The position numbers were made by a program, and so were the translations under genes. This document shows positions 7,711 to 12,112 of a stretch of 12,112 nt of DNA, in pieces. Origin of the DNA: an uncultured archaeon (lineage in GTDB: Archaea > Halobacteriota > Methanosarcinia > Methanosarcinales > Methanoperedenaceae); NCBI GenBank assembly GCA_902386115.1, contig CABMHZ010000245.1, forward strand, positions 1 to 12,112. Direction: 5' to 3'. How positions within the stretch are numbered: position 1 is the stretch's first letter; the number at the start of each line of letters is the position of its first letter. Below the pieces are notes generated by a model. It saw only the letters and a program-made list of their open reading frames with translations, did not search any database and was not told the DNA's origin.

Positions 7711-8619
7711 ATGGACGAATCCGAAAAAATAAAACAACTCAAGAAAAAACGTAACGCGATAATTCTCGTTCACAATTACCAGCGCGCCGATGTGCAGGAT
7801 GCTGCCGATTTCGTGGGCGATTCCTTTGGTCTGTCCCAGAAAGCGGTGGCAAGCGGGGCGGATGTTATCGTATTCTGCGGCGTGGATTTCATGGCAGAGA
7901 GCGCGGCTGTGCTGAACCCGGAAAAGACGGTTCTGATGCCTGAAATTTCTGCGCAGTGTCCCATGGCAGCCATGATAACCCCGGAAGCCCTGAAGCTTGA
8001 AAAACAAAAGCATCCGGATGCGGCTGTGGTCTGCTACGTTAACACTTCTGCGGCGGTCAAAGCGGAAAGCGATATCTGCTGTACCTCAGCGAACGCAGTC
8101 AAGGTCGTGAATTCACTTGCGGAAAAAGAAATAATTTTCGTTCCCGACAGGAACCTGGCGCTGTATGTTGCTTCTCATACTGAAAAGAAAATTATCCCCT
8201 GGAAGGGCTACTGCCCCACGCATCACCTGATACTGCCTGGCGACGTCATGCTTGAAAAAGAAGAGCATCCGGATGCAGAAGTGCTTGTTCATCCCGAATG
8301 CAGACCTGATGTTGTGGCGCTGGCTGATAAGGTGCTGAGCACGGCAGGGATGCTCAAATACGCGGCGCAGTCGGATGCGCGGGAGTTCATCATAGGGACA
8401 GAGATGGGGCTTCTGCACAGGCTGGTGAAGGAAAATCCGGGGAAGAAGTTCTTCATTGCTACTGAATATGCCGTCTGCCCGAACATGAAAATGAACACCC
8501 TGGGCAGTATTATCCGGGCACTTGAGAAAAATGAGCTCGTTATTAAAGTCCCTGAAAATGTCAGGAAAAAGGCAAAACTTGCGCTTGACAGGATGCTGGA
8601 AGCCGGACGCGGGGATTGA
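7711..8619 (+). CDS. nadA: Quinolinate synthase A (NAD biosynthesis)
   Basis: 302-aa ORF with characteristic NadA blocks: [94 protein letters not shown] and IIGTEMGL. The three Cys ligand positions for the Fe-S cluster are present. The start is 28 nt after the kinase stop. Confidence 0.95.
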   Translation: MDESEKIKQLKKKRNAIILVHNYQRADVQDAADFVGDSFGLSQKAVASGADVIVFCGVDFMAESAAVLNPEKTVLMPEISAQCPMAAMITPEALKLEKQKHPDAAVVCYVNTSAAVKAESDICCTSANAVKVVNSLAEKEIIFVPDRNLALYVASHTEKKIIPWKGYCPTHHLILPGDVMLEKEEHPDAEVLVHPECRPDVVALADKVLSTAGMLKYAAQSDAREFIIGTEMGLLHRLVKENPGKKFFIATEYAVCPNMKMNTLGSIIRALEKNELVIKVPENVRKKAKLALDRMLEAGRGD

Positions 8620-8648
8620 AGAACGGAGTTGTATGAAATCTTACCTCC

Positions 8649-8654
8649 TTTTTT
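8649..8654 (+). terminator. Oligo-T run (T6), a candidate archaeal intrinsic terminator for nadA in a convergent junction
   Basis: cctccTTTTTTaac lies 30 nt after the nadA stop. Archaeal RNAP terminates at oligo-T tracts. The run overlaps the stop codon of the convergent nucleotidyltransferase reading frame. Confidence 0.25.
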
Positions 8655-9161
8655 AACCCACTCCTGCACTATCTCGCGCATATATCACCTGCCTGTCCCT
8701 CAATATTTTATTAATGAATGGGTCACCGATATTGATCCTGTGCCTGAGTTCTTCCGGCGTGCGAACTACTATGTCCATAGGAACATATCCGTCTTTTAAT
8801 AACGCCTGATGGATGCGGCGCGTTTTATCGGTCTTTCTGCGGATTCCATTATCACAAAAAGGTCAAGGTCGCTGTCATTGTCGGGTTTTCCCCATGCATA
8901 GGAGCCGAACAGGATTATCTTTTCAGGATGAAGGTTTTCTGCGATTTTCCTGGCAATATCAGCGATAGTTTTCCGGGATATCATAAATGTGCTTGTGTCA
9001 CCTTCATTATCCGTTAAATTCCTGATAAGTTCTTTTGAGAAGAAATACCGGATCGGGATGACATTATTTTCGTCAAGTTTTACATCAAATTTACAGCCGC
9101 ACACAGCGCAGACTCTGCCTTTAAGTATGGAGCTTTTCACGGTCACATCTTTCTTTTTCAT
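8653..9161 (-). pseudogene. Minimal nucleotidyltransferase (MNT / NTP_transf_2, HEPN-MNT antitoxin type) interrupted by a frameshift near 8796-8803
   Basis: The track ORF 9161..8796 contains the NTase signature KIILFGSYAWGKPDNDSDLDLFVI and stops at ...RPIKRAASIRRY*. My translation of a different minus-strand frame, immediately after, gives LLKDGYVPMDIVVRTPEELRHRINIGDPFINKILRDRQVIYARDSAGVG* with its stop at 8655..8653. That is the normal C-terminal half of these NTases. The two halves join at the sequence cgttattaaaagac, so a 1-nt indel is implied. The likely true start is M60 (ATG 8984..8982, MISRKTIADIARKIAENL...), because the upstream 59 codons look non-homologous. Confidence 0.7.
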
Positions 9162-9275
9162 ACCTTGTTCATAGAAATTGAGTTACTTCCGGATATTTCT
9201 TTTCTCTGCCTCTTATCCAAAATCCAGCAAAACATTATTAATATTTGGGTATTATTAAGAATCTAACGGAGCAGG

Positions 9276-9839
9276 ATGGTAATACCAGACTTAAAATCAG
9301 CAGAAGAAAAAGCACAACCTGAGGAAATAATCACCGGAGCCATGCGCATCACTGGCGTTAAAATGACATACTACTTCATCTGCCACACAAAACTATGGCT
9401 TTTCTCGCACAATATCACGCTTGAGAAAGAGCATGATAATGTGAATATCGGAAAACAACTGCATGAAGACCGCTATAAGCGCGACTCAAAAGAAATCACT
9501 ATCGACCAGACGATAAGCATCGATTTTATCAGGAAGGGAGATACCATCGTCCTCCATGAGATCAAAAAGACCAAAAGCATGGAAGTTGCACATCGCTGGC
9601 AGATGCTATATTACCTGTACTATCTCAAATCAAAAGGCATCAAAGCCACAGGAGAAATAAATTATCCTCTTGTCAGCAAGAAAGAAGATATCCAGCTTCT
9701 TGAAAAGGATGAATCCGATATGGAAAATGTGATAAATGATATCAGGAAGATCGCGATGGGAAGAATGCCCCCGCCAAAGAAGATCAGGATATGCCAGAAA
9801 TGCGCATATTACGAATTCTGTTTTGGAGATGAATTATGA
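9276..9839 (+). CDS. cas4: CRISPR-associated exonuclease Cas4 (RecB-like nuclease with Fe-S cluster)
   Basis: 187-aa ORF. There is an N-terminal Cys in [12 protein letters not shown] and a C-terminal [10 protein letters not shown], giving the four-Cys cluster pattern C...CxxCx5C. The RecB nuclease motifs are IDF...[10 protein letters not shown] (D...ExK) and QMLYYLYYL (QhxxY). A GGAG lies 4 nt upstream of the ATG. The stop overlaps the cas1 start (ATGA). Confidence 0.9.
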   Translation: MVIPDLKSAEEKAQPEEIITGAMRITGVKMTYYFICHTKLWLFSHNITLEKEHDNVNIGKQLHEDRYKRDSKEITIDQTISIDFIRKGDTIVLHEIKKTKSMEVAHRWQMLYYLYYLKSKGIKATGEINYPLVSKKEDIQLLEKDESDMENVINDIRKIAMGRMPPPKKIRICQKCAYYEFCFGDEL

Positions 9840-10825
9840 AGGAAGATTACTACATAACACAGGACGGTGGACTCACAAGACATGAGAATACCGTATATTT
9901 CGAGAACGATAATACAAAACGCGCCCTTCCGGTAAATAAGATATATTCGATATACGCATACGGCAGGCTCAGTTTCTCATCGGGCGTCGTGGATTATCTT
10001 GCAAAAAGCGGGATACCGATACACTTCTTCAATTATTACGGATTTTACGAAGGCTCGTTCTACCCGCGTGAAACGCTGATAAGCGGCGATTTGACTGTAA
10101 AGCAGGCATCGAATTATCTTGACAGCACAAAGAGGCTGGTCCTCGCAAAGTCCTTTGTAGAAGGTGCATGTGGGAATATCCTCCGCAACCTTAACTATTA
10201 CGCGCGTGATATGAAAAGTCTGGAAACGCATATCGGCGGGATCGAATCCGAGATCGCAAGATTACCCGAGACAAACACTATCCCTGAGGTCATGAATGTG
10301 GAAGGACGGATAAGGAACATGTATTATACGGCGCTTGATGAGATATTTCCTGAAAATTACAAGATAATCAAGAGGTCAAGGATGCCGCCGGAGAACAGGA
10401 TGAACACTCTTATCAGTTTCGGGAATTCGCTGATGTACACGACCACACTTTCGGAGATATACAATACCCAGCTTAATCCCACTATATCTTTCCTTCATGA
10501 GCCTTTTGAGCGGAGATTCTCGCTTGCTCTTGATGTGAGCGAGATATTCAAACCTATCATTATTGACAGGATCATCCTGAAACTTGTGAACAAGAACATG
10601 CTCGATGATGATTGTTTCAGGGGAGAGATCGGGGATATGCTGCTAAGTGAAAAGGGGAAAAAGCTGTTCCTGAATGAATATTACGAGAAACTTTCCACAA
10701 CCGTTAAACACAGAGGATTGGAACAAAATGTTTCTTTCAAGCGGCTTATACGACTTGAATTGTATAAACTTGTTAAGCACTGCCTCGGTGAAAAGGATTA
10801 CAAGCATCTTATTATGTGGTGGTAA
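9836..10825 (+). CDS. cas1: CRISPR-associated integrase Cas1
   Basis: 329-aa ORF. Typical Cas1 blocks are present: [26 protein letters not shown] (catalytic E), [23 protein letters not shown] (catalytic H) and [21 protein letters not shown] (catalytic D). It overlaps cas4 by 4 nt. Confidence 0.95.
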   Translation: MKEDYYITQDGGLTRHENTVYFENDNTKRALPVNKIYSIYAYGRLSFSSGVVDYLAKSGIPIHFFNYYGFYEGSFYPRETLISGDLTVKQASNYLDSTKRLVLAKSFVEGACGNILRNLNYYARDMKSLETHIGGIESEIARLPETNTIPEVMNVEGRIRNMYYTALDEIFPENYKIIKRSRMPPENRMNTLISFGNSLMYTTTLSEIYNTQLNPTISFLHEPFERRFSLALDVSEIFKPIIIDRIILKLVNKNMLDDDCFRGEIGDMLLSEKGKKLFLNEYYEKLSTTVKHRGLEQNVSFKRLIRLELYKLVKHCLGEKDYKHLIMWW

Positions 10826-11091
10826 TCTTGTATGTGATAATCGTTTATGATGTTGGGGTGGAAAGGGTGAATAAGGTAAGAGTTTACCTGAAGCAGTATC
10901 TTAACTGGGTGCAGAACAGCGTGCTTGAAGGTGAGCTGACAGAGGCTGAATACATGAAGGTTATGAGTGGGCTTCGGGATTTGATTGATGAAATCCAGGA
11001 TAATGTTCTCTGTTATAAAACAAAAGACAGGAAGTATCTTGACATCGATGAGATCGGTACTAAAAAGGCTGAGATCACAACGATAATCTGA
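10816..11091 (+). CDS. cas2: CRISPR-associated endoribonuclease Cas2
   Basis: 91-aa [40 protein letters not shown] is the ferredoxin-fold N-terminus of Cas2, including the metal-binding Asp in VYDV. The start is ambiguous. ATG 10816 overlaps cas1 by 10 nt. TTG 10828, 2 nt after the cas1 stop, would give the more canonical (M)YVIIVYDV N-terminus. Confidence 0.9.
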   Translation: MVVILYVIIVYDVGVERVNKVRVYLKQYLNWVQNSVLEGELTEAEYMKVMSGLRDLIDEIQDNVLCYKTKDRKYLDIDEIGTKKAEITTII

Positions 11092-11102
11092 GATAAATAG
11101 TT

Positions 11103-11154
11103 AAAAGTCGTGGATCTTTATAAAGGAAATACAAAACCCGGGATACACGACTTT
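11103..11154. repeat. Inverted repeat / potential hairpin in the promoter-distal leader (9-bp stem, 33-nt loop)
   Basis: AAAGTCGTG (11104-11112) is the exact reverse complement of CACGACTTT (11146-11154). The loop contains the TTTATAAA TATA-like element. Confidence 0.4.
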
Positions 11155-11214
11155 GAATCCTGTTTTTACAAAGGTTTTTGTGGGATGAGGTCTATCTGGA
11201 TTTGAGAGAAAATC

Positions 11215-11243
11215 AATAGACATTACCTGAAATAGTGTCTATT
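11215..11243. repeat. Inverted repeat / potential hairpin in the promoter-proximal leader (8-bp stem, 13-nt loop)
   Basis: AATAGACA (11215-11222) is the exact reverse complement of TGTCTATT (11236-11243). The loop is ttacctgaaatag. Confidence 0.4.
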
Positions 11244-11287
11244 TCCCTGCACAAATTCCACCTTAAAAACAGAAGAAAAAAGCTTGG

Positions 11288-11636
11288 GTTAAAATCAGAC
11301 CTTAGAGGGATTGAAACAATATATCATTAGTTTATAAACTATGTCTGGAATTAAGTTAAAATCAGACCTTAGAGGGATTGAAACGAAGCAAACTGGGAAA
11401 CACTTATGGATGCTATATGTGTTAAAATCAGACCTTAGAGGGATTGAAACGCATTCGCGGCAAGAGGTCATGATGCGTGGAGTTGTGTTAAAATCAGACC
11501 TTAGAGGGATTGAAACCCAATAATTGCAGGTTTGACAACTGCGCCAGTTATAGTTAAAATCAGACCTTAGAGGGATTGAAACTCTGTCAACTGCCTCATT
11601 AAACAGCATAACGGGTGCGTTAAAATCAGACCTTAG
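11288..11636 (+). CRISPR. CRISPR array: 5 identical 30-nt repeats GTTAAAATCAGACCTTAGAGGGATTGAAAC, 5 spacers (37, 36, 36, 36, 36 nt), plus a sixth repeat truncated after 18 nt
   Basis: Repeats lie at 11288-11317, 11355-11384, 11421-11450, 11487-11516 and 11553-11582, and all are identical. Partial repeat 6 (GTTAAAATCAGACCTTAG) lies at 11619-11636. Spacers: S1 11318-11354 AATATATCATTAGTTTATAAACTATGTCTGGAATTAA; S2 11385-11420 GAAGCAAACTGGGAAACACTTATGGATGCTATATGT; S3 11451-11486 GCATTCGCGGCAAGAGGTCATGATGCGTGGAGTTGT; S4 11517-11552 CCAATAATTGCAGGTTTGACAACTGCGCCAGTTATA; S5 11583-11618 TCTGTCAACTGCCTCATTAAACAGCATAACGGGTGC. The repeat 3' end ATTGAAAC matches the canonical 8-nt crRNA 5' handle of Cas6-processed type I/III systems. 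Confidence 0.97.
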
Positions 11637-12112
11637 GCATTACCTAAAAATAGATTAGTAATATTTATCATGTAAGCCACCGTATATAGAGTATGGGTAC
11701 TAACAAGCAGTATGAATGGTGGCTAAAAGCCCTCTCAGGAGCAGATGAAGTTCAAGCAAGACGTTTTGCGGGTGCAATAGCGCTTGAAATTGGTTGGGGT
11801 GGAATTACAAAAGTGGAAGAACTAACGGGAATGTCCCATTCAACCATCAGTAAAGGAATTGAGGAACTCAAAACCTCAGAGAAACTTGAACCTCCAGAAA
11901 GACTTCGAGCATCCGGAGGAGGAAGGAAAAAGGTAGAAGAAAAAGATCCTGGAATCATTAGAGATCTTGAAAAAATCATGGATGAAAATACGTCAGGTGA
12001 TCCAATGAGTCTCCTGAAGTGGACAAACAAATCAACTTACAAAATTGCTGATGAATTGAGAAGGATGGAACATAAAATTGATCCAGACACGGTAGGGCGT
12101 CTTTTGAAATAA
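11637..12112 (+). mobile_element. Left part of an ISAzo13-family insertion sequence inserted into CRISPR repeat 6; extends beyond the window
   Basis: The repeat consensus breaks abruptly at 11637 (expected AGGGATTGAAAC, observed GCATTACCTAAA...). A further 56 nt of AT-rich sequence follows, then a transposase ORF. The exact IS terminus and any target-site duplication cannot be defined without the right end. Confidence 0.55.
11693..12112 (+). CDS. ISAzo13-family (DDE_Tnp_ISAZ013-like) transposase, N-terminal DNA-binding portion; the ORF stops after 139 codons at the window end
   Basis: The block GWGGITKVEELTGMSHSTISKGIEEL (HTH), then RLRASGGGRKKVEEKDPGIIRDLEKIMDENTSGDPMSLLKWTNKSTYKIADELRRMEHKIDPDTVGRLL, matches the conserved N-terminal region of ISAzo13-type transposases (R.PGGGRKK..E.DP.L...L..L....T.GDP.S.L.WT.KS.R.LA.EL...GH.VS..TV..LL). 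Full-length members are several hundred aa, so the TAA at 12110-12112 is premature relative to the family. That could reflect a frameshift, a pseudogene or a split ORF. Confidence 0.75.
   Translation: MGTNKQYEWWLKALSGADEVQARRFAGAIALEIGWGGITKVEELTGMSHSTISKGIEELKTSEKLEPPERLRASGGGRKKVEEKDPGIIRDLEKIMDENTSGDPMSLLKWTNKSTYKIADELRRMEHKIDPDTVGRLLK

Larger units (their letters stand above)
11092..11287 (+). promoter_or_regulatory. CRISPR leader (AT-rich, between cas2 and the first repeat) with candidate TATA boxes and oligo-T tracts
   Basis: 196-nt non-coding AT-rich stretch directly upstream of repeat 1. The repeat orientation, with a 3' ATTGAAAC end, puts the leader on this side. TATA-like elements are cTTTATAAAgg at 11117-11125 and cTTAAAAAc at 11263-11269. 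The latter is ~20-25 nt before repeat 1. T5 tracts at 11163-11167 and 11175-11179 could terminate the cas4-1-2 transcript. Confidence 0.6.

Noticed and set aside
8289-8681. A 130-aa minus-strand ORF that starts just after the nucleotidyltransferase gene.
   Set aside because: From 8619 downward it is antisense to the highly conserved nadA coding sequence, so it is not a real gene as a whole. Only its first ~20 codons (MREIVQEWVKKGGK) are discussed, as a possible HEPN-gene stub.
8985-9161. N-terminal 59 codons of the nucleotidyltransferase ORF, containing CAVCGC (a possible zinc-ribbon extension).
   Set aside because: There is a single CxxC pair only. MNT-type NTases normally start about 20-25 aa before the GS motif, which fits the internal ATG at 8984. 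The extension is more likely upstream read-through of an open frame, though a real N-terminal extension cannot be excluded.
10369-10386. Possible self-targeting: spacer 3 (11461-11476, CAAGAGGTCATGATGC) resembles cas1 sequence CAAGAGGTCAAGGATGC.
   Set aside because: Only 10 contiguous identical nt plus 5 more after an indel, out of a 36-nt spacer. This is far from a full protospacer match and is consistent with chance. I could not exhaustively scan all spacers against the window by eye.
412-10825. Casposon idea: a family-B DNA polymerase and a cas1 gene in the same window.
   Set aside because: The cas1 is translationally coupled to cas4 and cas2 and followed by a leader and CRISPR array, so it is a bona fide adaptation module. 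polB is about 6.8 kb away on the opposite strand, separated from cas1 by housekeeping genes (the kinase and nadA). Its N-terminus and motifs look like the replicative archaeal PolB. No terminal inverted repeats bracket the two genes.
11295-11609. ORFs of 104 aa (minus strand) and 60 aa (plus strand, 11341-11523) with the recurring peptide VSIPLRSDFN / LKSDLRGIET.
   Set aside because: They are artefacts of translating the CRISPR repeats. The periodic peptide repeat corresponds exactly to the 30-nt DNA repeat.

Overview
The window looks like an archaeal (euryarchaeal, methanogen-type) chromosomal segment where housekeeping genes are interleaved with accessory or defence cargo. The archaeal call rests on a replicative family-B polymerase, TATA-type and leaderless-looking promoters, and a CRISPR repeat of the ...ATTGAAAC family.

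Minus strand, left part of the window, listed from low to high coordinates:
- a partial DUF89 phosphatase-family gene (1-402)
- an intact family-B DNA polymerase (412-3000)
- a visibly AT-richer insert with a tightly coupled pair, a DprA/Smf-like protein (3037-4209) and a ComF-like phosphoribosyltransferase (4222-4770)
- a vapBC (RHH antitoxin plus PIN toxin) module (4863-5547)

Plus strand, middle:
- a membrane GAF-PAS sensor histidine kinase (5787-7682)
- quinolinate synthase nadA (7711-8619)

Right part:
- a frameshifted minimal nucleotidyltransferase (MNT antitoxin-type) gene on the minus strand, with no intact HEPN partner (8653-9161)
- a cas4-cas1-cas2 adaptation module (9276-11091)
- a 196-bp leader
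- a small CRISPR array of 5 full 30-nt repeats and 5 spacers. Its sixth repeat is cut after 18 nt, directly next to an ISAzo13-family transposase gene (11693-12112) that runs to the window end.

The most interesting candidate is the PRTase plus DprA-like two-gene cassette. It resembles the little-understood DprA-PRTase type of anti-phage module, here in an archaeal context and wedged directly upstream of the replicative polB.

Secondary points are an effector-less, IS-truncated CRISPR adaptation locus and a decayed HEPN-MNT module. All functional calls come from motif recognition by eye. No database search was possible.
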